DNA of 64,000 nt from the human T2T-CHM13v2.0 reference genome, Homo sapiens (GCF_009914755.1 NC_060929.1), one strand, 5' to 3'. Positions 46,170-61,182 are shown, counted from the stretch's first letter. Made by a program: numbers and translations. The notes: generated by a model not told the origin, from the sequence alone.

Positions 46170-46399
46170 CAAGTTTGTCCAGCCCGCAGCCTGTGGGCCA
46201 CATGTGGCCCATGATGGCTCTGAATGTGGCCCAACACAAATTTATAAACTTTCTTAAAACATTATGATATTTTTTGTGATTTTTTTTTTTTTTTTTAGCT
46301 CCTCAGTTATCATTAGTGTCAGTGTATTTTGTATGTGGCCCAAGACAATTCTTTTTCTTCCAGGGTGGCCCAGGGAAGCCAAAAGATTGGACATCCCTG
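46170..46399 (-). mobile_element. MER30 (hAT-Charlie)
   Basis: GGCCCAGGGAAGCCAAAAGATTGGACATCCCTG end; 8-bp TSD ATA(C/T)ATAA. Confidence 0.9.
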
Positions 46400-46491
46400 A
46401 TATATAAAGTGCTCAGAACATTGCCTAGCACATAGTAACACTGTATGAGTGTTAGCTATGTTATCAACATTTGCGATGATTAACATATTGA

Positions 46492-46600
46492 TGATGGGTC
46501 AACAGGTGCAGCTAACCACCATGACACACGTTTACCTATGCAACAAATCTGCATGTCCTGCATATGTATCCTGGAACTTTAAATTTAATTTAATTTAAAA
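46492..46600 (+). mobile_element. Short L1PA 3' tip
   Basis: CAGGTGCAGCTAACCACCATGACACACGTTTACCTATG..CCTGGAACTT; ATATTGA repeated on both flanks. Confidence 0.8.
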
Positions 46601-46668
46601 AAATATTGAAATGCTTTGCAATGTACAAAGCAATATGTAAATGTAAGGCGTCGTGCTGGATTGATCAG

Positions 46669-47065
46669 TGTATGTGTTTGCTAAGGCTGCCCTAACAAAG
46701 TACCACAGACTGAGTGGCTTAAACAACAGAAGTGTATTTCCTCATAGTTCTGGAGACTGGAAATCTGAGATCAAGGTGTCAGTATGGCTGATATCTTCTA
46801 GGATATCTCTCTCCTTGGCTTGTAGATGACCGTCTTTCAATGTCTCTTCACATGGTCTTTCCTCTGTGCCTGTCTCTGCCCTAACCAACTCTTCATTTAA
46901 GGATACCAATCATATTGGATTAGGGCCCACCCTGTGAACCTCATCCAACCTTAATTAGCTCTTTGCAGATCCTGTCTTCAAATATAGTCACATTCTGAGG
47001 TACTGGGGGTTAGGACTTCAACATATGAATTTGGGAAGATGAGGAGCACAATTCAGCCCCTAACG
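46669..47065 (-). mobile_element. MLT1B-like solo LTR
   Basis: GTTTGCTAAGGCTGCCCTAACAAAGTACCACAGACTG..CACATTCTGAGGTACTGGGGGTTAGGACTTCAAC. Confidence 0.9.
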
Positions 47066-47225
47066 ATTGGTTATCAGTTTGGTTTAGCAGGAACTGTATT
47101 ACCTTCATCTAAATGTTCCTGGTGAGAGTTCACCAAAAGGTGTTGAGATTTTAGAGGCAGAAGAACAGCTGCAGCCACTGTTCTTTGGAGGTCATGGTGG
47201 TTAGTAGAAGTGGCAGATAGACTCA
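46867..47225 (-). repeat. Right arm (template) of inverted duplication
   Basis: Reverse complement of 45766-46119. Confidence 0.97.
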
Positions 47226-48347
47226 AAGATGTCAGGCAGATCCAGATTCTCCTGGCTCTTCTTTGCTCCCCAGCCCTTCTTCCAGATTCCTGACCCCATT
47301 GACCAGCAGTGGCCCTAAGCCAATCACCAGACATTAGGCTGAGAACTCACAGACGTTTCCTATACCCCTCACCATAGCACTTCAGTGGCTGGATGTGCCT
47401 GGCTCTTAGGATTGACCAGCAGCAGCTGCCCTTCACCTCCCACAGCTGCACAAAATCTAGCCAGGAGGTACATCTCTTATCCTATAACACTCAGAGTGAC
47501 TCTGCTCCCATCATTGGACCTGGATTCTAGCTAGCTAGAATAATATTTAATAATAATGTTATTATTATTTTTTTAGACATGCTATCACTGAACCAGAAAG
47601 GAGTCTCTGCTTCACTGATAAGCATATATTTGAAGTTCTAATTATCTCAAGCAGGAGCTCATTCCAAAGTCCTCTGAATTTGTCCTCATGCTGCCATCTC
47701 TCCTGGCTCCAATATGTCCCACAAGCGGCTGCCAGATAAAATTTCTTGAATCACATTTATGTCATCTAGCAATGGTCAAGGGAAGTCCCAAGATGACAGC
47801 TGAGTAGCAGGCCTAGAGGGCAACACATTCAGACTAGAGCAAAACAACAAAGAAATGGAGGGTTCCCAGACAGTGGTGTCCAGGAAAAACAAAATGGAAC
47901 AAATGCACCGAAAGTATGGGAAACATTAGAGGGTGGTTTACCATGCCATTGGGTCACCGCGGAAAAAAAAATAGTAATGAGGCATAGAAAATTATGCAAT
48001 TTTTAAAGTCATTACAGTTGTCTTCCTTATCCATGGGGGATATGTTCTAAGACCCTCAGTAGATGCCTGAAACCACAAATAGTACAGAACCTGATTGCCA
48101 TCAATCATAATACATTTCTGTTCATGTCTCGCACCCACAAACTTAATTCCTTTTCCATCTTAACTAAGCACTTATGCACTGTGGCCATAACTTTTGATGT
48201 TTCATGTGTGACAGCAAAACTAGCATGAGTTTCTTTTTCCTTCTTCACAATTTGATAGATAAAAGATTTGTTCTTACCTTAGATCTTAGCAACCTCAGCA
48301 TATGATACATTTACTCTCCTTATTAAAACTTTCACATTTTTACTTGA

Positions 48348-48707
<360 letters not shown>

Positions 48708-48921
48708 TAAAATCAGATTTACTTGGATGCAAGCACTGGATACCATGACAGTGAATCTGATAGCTGAGCCGGCTACTAAGTGACTAATGGGCAGGGAATG
48801 TAGAAAGCATGGAGACGTTGGGCAAAGGAATGATTCACATCCAGCGCAGAACGGAGGGACATGGTTTGAGATTTCATCACACTACTCAGAAGGGCATGCA
48901 ATTTAAAACACATGAGTTGTT

Positions 48922-49270
48922 ATGCAACCATAAAAGAGAACAAGATCATGTTCTCTGCAGGAACATGGATGAAGCTGGAGGCCATTATCTTAGTAAATGA
49001 ACACAGGAACAGAAAACCAAATACCACATGTTCTCACTTATAAGTGGGAGCTAAATGATAAGAACACATGGACACATGGGAAGAACAACAGACGCTAGGG
49101 CTTACCAGAGGTGGGAGGCTGGGAAGAGGGAGAGAATCGAGAAAAATAATAAATGGGTACTAGGCTATTGGTGACAAAACAGTCTATACAACGAACCCTC
49201 CTAACACAAGTTTACCTATATAGCAAACCTGTATATGTACCCCTGAACTTAAAATAAAAGTTAAATTTTT
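48922..49270 (+). mobile_element. Older L1PA/L1PB 3' end (first of tandem pair)
   Basis: ATGTTCTCACTTATAAGTGGGAGCTAAATGA..CCTGAACTTAAAATAAAAG. Confidence 0.88.
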
Positions 49271-49271
49271 A

Positions 49272-50110
49272 AAAATGGCCAGAGGACATGAACAGACACT
49301 TCTCAAAAGAAGACATACAAGTGGCCAACAAACATATAAAAAATGCTCAACATCACTCATTGTCAGAGAAATGCAAATCAAAACCACAATGAGACACCAT
49401 CTCACAACAGTAAGAATGACTGTTATTAAAAACTCAAAAACAACAGATGCTGGCAAGGCTGTGGAGAAAAAGGAATGCTCTTACACTGTAAGTGGGAATG
49501 CAAACTAATTCAGTGACTGTGGAAAGCAGTTTGGAGATTTCTCAATGAACTTAGAACTACCATTCCACCGGGCAATCCCACCACTGGGTGTATACCTAAA
49601 GGAAAATACTTTCTTCTATCAAAAAGACACATTCACCCACATGTTCATTGCAGCACTATTTACAATAGTGAAGACATGGAATCAACCTAGGTGCCCATTA
49701 ACAGTGGATTGGATGAAGAAAATATGGTACATATACATCATGAAGTACTACACATCCATAAAAAGAATGAAATATGTCCTTTGCAGCAACATGGATAGAA
49801 CTGGAGTCCATTATCCTAAGTGAACTAACACAGGAACAAAAAAACAAATACTGCATTTTCTCACTTATAAGTGGGAGATAAACATTGAATACACATGGGA
49901 ACAATAGACAGTGGAGACCACTAAGATGGTGGAGGGAGAGAAGGGGATGTCAGCTGAAGAACCACCTGTTGGGTATTATGCTTACTGCCTGGGTAATGGG
50001 ATCACTGGGACCTCAAGCCTCAGTGTCATATATATGCCCATACAAGAAATCTGCACATGTACCCTTTAATCAATAATAACAGTTGAAATTATTTTTTAAA
50101 TAAATAAAAT
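49272..50110 (+). mobile_element. Older L1PA/L1PB 3' fragment (second of tandem pair)
   Basis: ORF2 C-terminal remnants ([14 protein letters not shown]; [20 protein letters not shown]) plus 3'UTR. Confidence 0.9.
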
Positions 50111-50200
50111 GGTTGAGTTGTTTATTTCTGTAACTTTTCATTTAATACTTTCAGACCACATTGGACTGTGGATAACAGAAAGCAAAATCCCAGAGAGCAA

Positions 50201-50711
50201 TGCCAAGACCAGCTAGGTCGGGAAGACCCTAACCCAGTGGCGCTAGAGGAATTAAAGACACACATAGAAATATGGAGGTGTGAAGTGGGAAATCGGGGGT
50301 CTCACAGCCTTCACAGCTGAGTGCCCCAAACAGAGATTTACCCAAGTATTTATTAACAGCAAACCAGTCATTAGCATTGTTTCTATAGATATTAAATTAA
50401 CTAAAAGTATCCCTTTTAGTAAACGAAGGAATGGGCCAAATTAAAGGAATAGGTTGGGCTAGTTAACTGCAGCAGGAACGCACCCTTAAGGCATAAATCG
50501 CTCATGCTATTGTCTGTGGCTTAAGAATGCCTTTAAGCAGTTTTCCTCCCTGGGCAGGCCAGGTGTTCCTTGCCCTCATTCCCGTAAACTCACAACCTTC
50601 CAGCTTGGGCATTAGGGCCATTATGGACATATTACAGTGCTGCAGAGATTTTATTTATGGCCAGTCTTGGGGCCAGTTTATGGCCAGATTTTGGGGGGCT
50701 TGCTCCCAACA
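50201..50711 (-). mobile_element. MER9 solo LTR (ERVK/HML-3 group)
   Basis: TG..CA termini, 511 bp, minus strand begins TGTTGGGAGCAAGCCCCC; 6-bp TSD GAGCAA at 50195-50200 and 50712-50717. Confidence 0.9.
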
Positions 50712-51374
50712 GAGCAAAATTGTGGATAATAGGGAACTACTGCATTAATTCCAGGACATACAGAAAATCGTACAGGAAAAAATATCATCAAATTACACTA
50801 CTACACTCAAAGGTGAAGACTACTTGGCATAAGAGCATACAATGTCATGACTACTTACAGAATATTAAGTTGTGAAAAAGCACTGGAGAAAATGGGGAAG
50901 AGGCTGACCTAGCAGGGCAGAGGTCACAGAAGTGTGTTTCAGGCTGTAACAGGCAGCCTATGTGGACCACACCTTAAAGAAGGCAGACTGCAAATGGGTA
51001 GCTGAGAAGTGCAGCAGTAACTCGCAGGGCGTGTGGGACAAGGAAGATTTTGGGGAGATGCAGGAGAGAGGAAAGCTGAAAGCAGAAAAGCAGATAACCA
51101 AAGAGTATTTGAGAGGGCTAAGAGGATGGACTTAAAGCCCAAATGGAAGATCAGGGTTTCGATAGGAACAGGGATGTGTGTTTCATTACACCAGGTGGGA
51201 AAAAGATCCAGGCACAAGCAGGCTTGTGTGTCTGGGTTGAGAGGAGAATGATTTCCTTTCCTCTCATCTCCACCTCCACTTCCTTAGATGTGAAGTCTCA
51301 ATGCACTTTCTTAGAGCTGCCTCTTCTCCCTACTAATTGGGAAGGTCATAGAGGAGTAGAGAAAGCTTAGGTTG

Positions 51375-51495
51375 ATGATGGGGAGATTGTAAACCAAGGC
51401 AGAGATGAACCAACTCATTGGAGTCACACGGCTAATTAGTGACAAAGCTAGGACTAGAATCAAACTGGCTCCTAGCCTAGTACTCTTTCACTACC
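51375..51495 (-). mobile_element. MIR fragment
   Basis: GTCACACGGCTAATTAGTGACAAAGCTAGGACTAGAA. Confidence 0.6.
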
Positions 51496-52799
51496 AAATT
51501 ACCGTGTAATATTTAACAGATGGGAGTGATTAAGGTTTAGAGCCATTACAAAGACTAACACAAGCCGAGTTACATTAAATAAGGAATCAAGCAGAAATAC
51601 AGCTGAGATATTTAAACTTCACTTCACAGGAAGGGGTAATTTTACCCACTGTGAGACCATGATTAGATCAGGGTGGGTTGAACTGAACTGTAAACTTTTT
51701 CAAGGCACTGCCTTTGCTGTTCTCTAATCCAGAGGGACTGGGAGAAGCCCTCGCTGTACTAGGTGGCACTCAGGGGATAGGATAGAGATAAATGTCAGCC
51801 AATAGTATTTACCAGTAAATTTACCCAAATTAACTGTTTAAATTACACAGATCCTCTGGCAATCTTTGCCCTACTCAATTCAGAAGCATGCGTTAAATAC
51901 GCCGAAATGTACAAAGTACCTAAAAATAACAGGTATTGTTCCACCTCCGTGCATGTGGGGTCCCTGGCATTTGTAACTTCAATGAGAAGAGGTTTTTCTT
52001 CAAAATATACTTTCCATAAACTTCTCTGTCATGCCATTCATGTGGCTCTTGTTTCATTTGCAGCAAAAGTCTTTCATTGCTGTGTATTTGAATTTCCAGC
52101 GTATCTTGGACCTTGGTGTTTATTTTGATTGACATTTAGTTATCTGTCATGCAAGTATTATTTTTCCCTCAACATCACCGAGTGTGATATATGTGTGATA
52201 TATGTTTCATTACAAATGCTGGCATTGGTCAGGTAGGTTGGTTTTGCTGTTACATAACTTTGAGGGTGAGGGGCAATTTGTTAATGCCCACATTGACAAG
52301 TTACCATCAGATTATGCTAATTTGCAGTACCCTTTGCAATTAAAATCCTTCTGGCTGAATATTTAGCATTTATAATTAATGTAATTTTTAAACACTCAAC
52401 CAATGTTCACCTTTTCCACTAAGGCTGAACTCCAGTGCCCTGCCCCATAGCCCAGGACAGAATTCCTGGGCCAGGGGAAATCTGGAAGAACTCCACGGGA
52501 TTCCAGATTGCCCAGGCATCAGAGGGAAAATACTCATCCTATCGAGAGGTATTCTATTAGATTACTACTCTTACTAAATTCTCATTACCTTACCTCAGAC
52601 TAGATCAATATAATTATATGTCCAGGTCTCACTCTCACCTCACAGAAAGGCTCTGGAGCATCTAGGGACAAATAATACAGCAGATACCAGACAGAGTACC
52701 ATTCCCCACCCACTTCACCAGGATGGCGTGTAACATAACTTCCAGTGGGGAAGTGATAAGCTTATAAATGCAGAAGCCTTCTCTGGTCAACCTATACCA

Positions 52800-53062
52800 A
52801 GAAAATGCCATCCGTATCTTTCCTTGTTATTCTGTGTCTCAACATCCTATGCATTGTCTTCATTTCACTCATCATGATCGTTTGAATTTCTGTTTTACTT
52901 GTTTATTATCTATCTTCTCCACTACAATGTAGTATTCCTAAGAGCAGAAGCCATGACCATCTTGTTTCCTGTGGAATCCCCAAGTGCCAGGAACAATGCC
53001 TGCTGCAAAGTAGGTACTAGATAAATATTAATTGGTTGGATGGAAGGTTAGATGGATGAATA
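52800..53062 (+). mobile_element. L2 3' end
   Basis: CCCCAAGTGCCAGGAACAATGCCTG..GTAGGTACTAGATAAATATT..GGATGAAT. Confidence 0.75.
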
Positions 53063-53829
53063 GAAGTAATATGCTCCCTTCTCCCACAGTGAGAGTAAGA
53101 TGGGGCCCAGTGAGCCCCCTGTTTAAAAGGAATCCCAGTTCTGGATAACTAGGTGGGTCTCAGGTGAGTGTAGCAGAAAATATGACAATTGCTAACTCTT
53201 TTGATCCAACTGACACTTAAACTTGAAAGAAAGGTAACAAAACCAGATGGAGAGTTGAGGGGAAACCTGACACTACAGGGAAGAAAGAAAACTTTGTTAT
53301 AGAAAACTACCATTGTCATGTCTTGGAAACCTAAGTGAAACACAAAGGTGAATTAGACAAGAGATTAGGAGATATTTAACAAATACATATTGATTGACTA
53401 GTTAGCTGACAAAACAAACAAACAAACAAAAGGTAGACATACAAATTAGATTCTAACCTGTTAGGGTGGAGTCTTCTGTACTCTTGAGGAGGATCTACCC
53501 TTGGCGTGAAGCAGGGGAGAGTCCTCTTTAGGGTCCACTCCTCTGCCGCCTACTCCCGACACACACAGTCCTGTCCATATCCAGCAGGTTCATATTGACT
53601 TCCTGCTAATCCCGCCACCCAAGGGCTGCTTTCTCCATCAGTCTGCCCACATTGTAATGTATTCCAAGAATTTGGCTTTTCTTTACCCTATCAAAAATAT
53701 TTGCCCTGGATTTTCTCCATTCAAAATTCTGATGATAAATAGTTAACTGAAAACCCCTCAAGAGTGGTCATTTCCATCAGGGAAAAAAAAATCATAATTT
53801 TTTTCAACTTAAAAATAATAATTTATTGA

Positions 53830-55330
53830 CCTCATCTCCCCTCTTGACACAGCTCCATCTGCTTCCCATTTCTCTGCTCCTCTTTACAATAAAACTCATT
53901 AAACTGTGGTCTACACTTGCCATTTTCAACTTTTCCCCTCTTATTATCTCTTGAATCGACTCCAATAAGAGTTTTGTCTCAACCATTTCACGAAAACGTC
54001 TTTCATCAAAGCCACCAATAGCTTCCAAGTTGCTAAATCCAGCAGCTATTTTCAGTCCTCAATTTCCCTAACCTCTCAGTGGCATTTGACACAGTAGAGT
54101 TCCCTCATCCTTGAGATGCTTTCTTCTCTGGCCTTCCAGGACATGCCTTGTCCTAGCTTCCTTCTGGTTCACTGGTCACTCCTTCTCAGACTCCTTTGCT
54201 GATCTCATCAACCTGATCTCTCAACTCAGTCCTTGGTCCTTTTCTCTTCTTATCTGCTCTCACTTTCTCAGTGATCTCTTCTAACCTCAGGGCTTTAATG
54301 GCCATTTACAAGCTGAGGAAGTTACATTTCCAGCCTGGATTGCACTCCTGAACTCCAGATCCGTAGATCCCACTGCCTAACTGAATCTTCTGCTCAGATA
54401 CCTAGATCTGCAGATTTTCCTCCCAAATCTGCTGTTTTCACAGTATTCCCCACATGAATAATGGTAATTTCACTCTTCCAGATGTTCAGACTCAAAAACC
54501 TCAATGTTGCCCTTGGTTGCTTTTTTTTTTTTTCCCTCTCATATCCCACAACCAAACACCAGTAAATTCTTTAGACTATGTTTTTCAAAATATATCCAAA
54601 ATTTAGATCCACCTCTTTGGTTCCAACCTGTTCAAAGTCATCAATACCTCTCACCCCGATTAGAACAGAGATTTTCCAATGAGTCCTCCTGCCTCTGTCC
54701 TTGCCACCTACGGTCTATTCTCAACACAGCAGCTACGGGATCCTTGCAAGAGAAGGTCAGATGACATCACTCCCCTTTTCAGAACCTTCCTATGGTCTCA
54801 TATCTCACCCAGAACAAAAGTCAGAGTCCTTACAATAGCCTGCCCAACCTATACAACCTGGAACCTGTTGTCTCTCTGCTCATCTCACACTGTTTTTCTC
54901 ATCATCACTTTGCTAGCCATCTGGGCTTCTTGGTATTCCTCAATCACGCCAGGCATATTCCCACAGCCTTAGCACCTACTGTTCTGCTCTCTTGCTGCTC
55001 TTCTCCCAGACTGCCTTGAGGCTTCCTCCTGTATCTCCTTCAGGGCTTTACTCAAATTTCATCTTCTTAGCTGAGGCCCTCTCTGTCTACTCTATTTCAA
55101 ATCACAATGTCTCCTCTCCTACCACCTCTCATTCTTCCCCTCTGCTCTATTTTTTTCCCCACAGAACTTATTACCATCTATTTTATAATTTTTCTTATAT
55201 TGTCTGTCTTCACACATTATAGCGTAGGCTCCATTAGGACAGAAGTTTCATCTTGTTTGTTCATTGTTTTATCCCCAGTGCCTAAAACAATGGTAAGCAA
55301 TCAATACATCAATACATATTTGTTGAAGCA
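53830..55330 (+). mobile_element. L2 (L2a-like) ~1.5-kb 3' fragment
   Basis: GTTGCTAAATCCA, CATTTGACACAGT, CCTGAACTCCAGA, CCCCAGTGCCTAAAACA..AATACATATTTGTTGAA. Confidence 0.85.
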
Positions 55331-55584
55331 ATGGAAAAGCCATTCTGCCCCAATGCGTTAATAATTTCTAGAATTCTAATGGGAACAGCCTAGACTCAAT
55401 TCATTCCCCCAAACACAGTTGTGTAACCCAAAGGAGTAACACAAATGAAGGGATATCAGACCACATAGAATGAGCCCATAGCACCAAACAGCCTAGTAAA
55501 GAGATATGTTAGGGTGGCTGGGCTCTTGTGGTACCCCTCAAATTATACTGCATTGTTGACTGCTATGTGAGCATGTAAGCCACA

Positions 55585-56645
<1,061 letters not shown>

Positions 56646-57599
56646 CAGATCTTTTCCTACTTGGCTCTGCTAGGCAGGGCCAGGGTGTTTTCCTACTTGG
56701 ATCTGCTAGGCAGGGGAGGTGGCTGGCAAAGAAAGTCTGCAAAGCAAAACCATTCACCTTTAAATTTCAGTTATCTCACTGAAGAAGATAACAGAAAAAC
56801 AGAATAAAAGAGATGATGGATTCAGCACAAAGAGATAAAGTGATTATATCTAAGTTGAATAACAATAGAAACAAAAATCTTTTTGTTAGCTTTTGGATAC
56901 TCTCGTCTCCCATTTATCTTAGTTCTTCCTTATTCTCACATTCTTTAACCTCGTGCCCTAATCTTTTTGGTGAGAAGCCAATTAACTCTGTAAAAACTCT
57001 GGCAGCTGGTGCCAGAAGCGTGGCTCACTGTGTTCCAAGACTTGGTAATTCCTTCCCTAATGACATAGTAGAAACACTGTCGCCACAGTTAAGAGCAGGC
57101 TAGAGACAATTACTATATTTAAGCTGTGCTTTGCAGGTTATCATACCCACATCTGCAAGCTATTCCCTTTGTAAGGCATTTGGCATCATTTGCCACAGAA
57201 AACTCATTGCAAAGGGCCAGCAAGCAACTACAGGAGGACCAAGGACTGAGACTTATTCCATATGGCTAGCAAGAGAGAGACGTATAACTTTCTTTCAGCA
57301 ACTCCAAACCCACTCCTGCTTCCTGGAGCCAGGTTCCTCTTATCAAAACAGGAAATCTACAAAGAGGGGTCCACAGAAGGGCTGGTGAGGAACAAATGCT
57401 CTAGCAGCCACCCACCCACTGGTCTGTGAAGGGACAGAGACCAATCCAGCAAGCTGGGCAGCTGGAAGGTTACTTGCTGAACAATCTCCCTGAAAGCACA
57501 GGACTCCTGCACAGGATGGCATTATCTAAAAGAAATCACAGGACTTGCTGGGTCCTTCTGAATACTGAACTGCTAACATTCATGTCATGGAGCAATTCA

Positions 57600-57770
57600 T
57601 GGCCTGGAGTTCACAGCTGCTCTGGGCCTTGGCCCCTTCATCTTTAAAATGGGGATATCAGTGCTTAAACTTCACTGCTCTGGGGGGAATGGAAAGATTA
57701 AAGTAATAGATGTGAAAGCACTTTCAAAAGCATTTTAAGAATTATCCAAATGTCAGTATTGTTCTTATGA
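57600..57770 (+). mobile_element. MIR fragment
   Basis: CTTCATCTTTAAAATGGGGATA..GATTAAA..TGTGAAAGCACTTT. Confidence 0.65.
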
Positions 57771-60144
57771 GTATTAGTATTATTTTGAGCCTGTAATGAT
57801 AATTACCTATAAGATTTCATATAGTGATGATTATCCTAAACCCAAGATGAAATCAAGGCCAGTGTCACTCTAATGCTTTTGCATAGGACCTTTGACTGAG
57901 TTCATCTTTTCTGAGTTCATACCTTTCTATGTTTTTCTAGAATTTTCAGTCCTTCAGTTGGTTAATTCTTTCAGTCATCACCCAAATATTGAATCAGTTA
58001 TCTTTTGAAAGAGTGTGTCAGTTATTCAGGACAGGTGCTTAGGCAAAGGCCTCTTACATAGAAAAATCGCACTTCTATCTGCTGACCACCAGGACTCCCA
58101 CTTAAAATTTCACCCCATCTTACCCCTTGTCTCACCTCATCCCCATCCTCCTTTCCCAGTAAGTTAGACCTAATTAAATGTACCCATGTTTTGTCACTCC
58201 TACCAAACAGATGAGTCTGCAAGATACATAGATACCTCCATTTTTCAATTGACTATTCTAGTAGCTTATTGAAAAAATATGTCTTTGTTTTCATTTGCAT
58301 CCATCTGCACAAATTTTAATTTTACCCCAGAGGTAGATAGAATAAGATAAAAAGTTAAACTATTTAACAAGTACTCAGAGACAAACAGGGAGCCAGTACG
58401 TAGGACAGGGAAAAGAAGTGAGAAAGCAGGATTGAACCACTGGTTAAAAGGATGTTTATAGATATCATTTAGTATAACATTGATGCCGCCAATTACCATG
58501 TGTGTATTGGCTAAATCTGTGTCAAGGGAACTGTTTTCAGATATTTTCCAGGATTTCCCAAATAAAATAAATTAACTATTCTAGAACATAATTGGTTTTA
58601 TGCCTGTGAGATATAATCTTGCAATATTTATTGAATGTTAGGCTCTTTACTTTTTATGTTCACTATAGTCATGGAATTGTAAGAAACACCAAATAAAATT
58701 GAGCACTAACACATTTCCTAAAGTAGTTTAACAACTAAGAAATGACAAATTTCTGCATTATCTTCAGACACTTAGGCTAACCCTACTTTCATTTTATAGG
58801 ACCAAATAGAATATATAATTCTAATTTGTGTTGCGTTGAATGTATTATAAGAACATATATATACTAATGTATTTTATTATAAAAATTGGAAGAGAAAAAA
58901 ATGAGTCAGACACAGCAAGTAGACAAATTTACAACATCTCATCCATCACTTTAAACCTCCTTATTTTGCTTCCTATTACAAGCATGGTTGGTGTGGGACT
59001 TGATATGACAATGTAAGGTTATGACAAATGTATCTTCATATATGTATCTCACATTGATTATTCTAAATATTAAATAAATCACACAGCATTAACAAAGAAA
59101 GGACAAAACCTTTGAAGATACAGAATGAGACACATATGTATAAAAGAACTATGATTCCAGCAATCAGTCACTAAATATTTAGTTTCTTTTTCCTGGTTTT
59201 TTTCCACCCCTTCCAATCCCTCATTCAACTCTGCTCAGGATCTTAAAACTTACAGTAACTCTATAAATAGCTAGTCCCTAGGTCCATAGAAGTCCATAAA
59301 GGTGGTGATAAAGACTCATACACTATTTTCAGTATTTCAAAAATTCTAACAGACAGTATCTATTTGCTATAGATCTGAGTGGTAGTTATAGATGTTTTCT
59401 GTAAATAAAATATTTGAAACAAATAATTAACAAGTTCTCGTAAATGTTTCTAGGTAAATCTGTGAAAACATAGGATCCGTGTACATGGAAAATACTCCTA
59501 AAAAGAAAATACTCCTAAAGCACTCCTGCATTGGTGATGAAAGCTTTGGAAACCTCTGAAGTAGCAACTTCTTGAGAGTAAATTGTGGAGGAGATAAGAG
59601 ACAAGAATTATTGCGGGCTGCTTTGACCTTTTGATACAAGGAATTCCTATCTTCCTGAGAGGGCTATTCATGTACTTCCTTAATTCTTTCTCACTCTCAT
59701 CCAGGAGCAAACTCACTGGCAATAGCTATATAAATAAAATTATAATCTGCATATGGATACTCATGTACATTTTCAGAGGTAATCTAAAAAATGTGAAAAT
59801 GAAAATGATCGTATCTTGTCTGATATAAAACATGAGCCCTTGGCATGTGGTGTGTAGAACATGCAGAAAATCTTGGAAATAAACTGTTACTGAAGTATGG
59901 CTCCTGAAGAGGAGTTCCTTTAAAAGAATCAGTTAAAAATTATGCATTCCTTATCATTTTTGAAGAATCCAGGGTTTTCTTTATAAAGGAAAGGATAGCA
60001 TGCCATGGTACATGAGGGAAAAGTAAGAGTCAGGCCCTAAAAGAAAATCAAAGAAGCCACCAGTTCCGACTTCTAACTGGAGTCTAGGCTGGTTTCCTTG
60101 ATCAACAATGAGTATCTATTCCTGATGTTAAAAGCCTATGTTTG

Positions 60145-60525
60145 TTTTATTCATTCATGTATTTATTCCTTTATCTATTCACTTATTTTTCTATTTATAT
60201 AATATTCAGCAAATATTTTTGAGCACCAATCATGTACCAATATAAGTTGCAGAACTATAAAGATGAATATATTATGATCCATACCACCAAAGAGCTTACA
60301 GTATAACAAAGAATGCGGTAAAATAAGTATCACTGAACAAGTGTCTATTGAACACCTGCTAGGCACCAATGTTCTAGGTGCTAGGACACAGCAGATCAGA
60401 GCAGACACTAATCCCAGCTCTTGCACAGCTTATTTTGTAGTGCAAAGCTTGCTATGATAAAGATATAGCCACGCTGCTACAGGAGTAAGAGGTTGCGCTA
60501 ACTAATCCAGATTTGGAGTCTGGAA
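60145..60525 (-). mobile_element. L2 3' fragments (two adjacent)
   Basis: TTCAGCAAATATTTTTGAGCACC and CTATTGAACACCTGCTAGGCACC. Confidence 0.6.
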
Positions 60526-61182
60526 CTAGAGTAGATTCAAATTTGTAATATCAATTCCTCCTAAGGCACAACAATCCCTCCCTCCTACTCCAGCCACAGC
60601 ATAAAGCCTCAACCTGTTGAGATATCATTGGACACTTTTAGAAAAGTAAGTTATAGTGAATAAAAAATAGGTGTTATACATTTACAACATGTTTTGAAGT
60701 CTTTGATAAGGTTAGGTCCAGGAATCACTGTCTGCAGCTGTTATCTCAACACAAACTATTTAATCCATCCAACTGAATGTGACCTTTCCACAACTTTTTA
60801 GAAATCTAGAAATATGAAAATGTATTTGTTCTCACCATTCTTATCTTCCTGGAGGACAGAGTTGGTCTCAGCTGTATTATCAGGCTTCAGTTTCCCATAA
60901 AACAAGGGGTATTGGGAGGATCATGGTTGTGATTCTTCCAAGGTCATACTTCTTGAGTTTTTCATAGATTATGCATAATCTAACATGATATTGTTTATAT
61001 GTCCAAAAATTTATATTTACACTTTTATATAGGTATGCATGTAAATTAATTCAATATTTGAGAGCTACACATATCATATCATTAGCAGTGATTGGTTCTA
61101 GAGTGTAGAAATAAAATGGGAAAATGAAGTAGAGTATTTTAATTTTTAAATGATTACATAGTTATATGTTATTTGTATGATT

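Larger units (their letters stand above)
45655..46465 (+). mobile_element. MIR split into three pieces by the inverted duplication and MER30
   Basis: ..CTCATCTGTGAAATGGAGAT | CTCACAGTGCTATTGTGTGGATTAAA | TAAAGTGCTCAGAACATTGCCTAGCACATAGTAA are colinear. Confidence 0.8.

Noticed and set aside
45723-47334. Two near-identical 64/86-aa ORFs on opposite strands (SLSATS.NHHDLQRTVAAA..)
   Set aside because: By-product of the inverted duplication; no splice or promoter support and no recognisable homology
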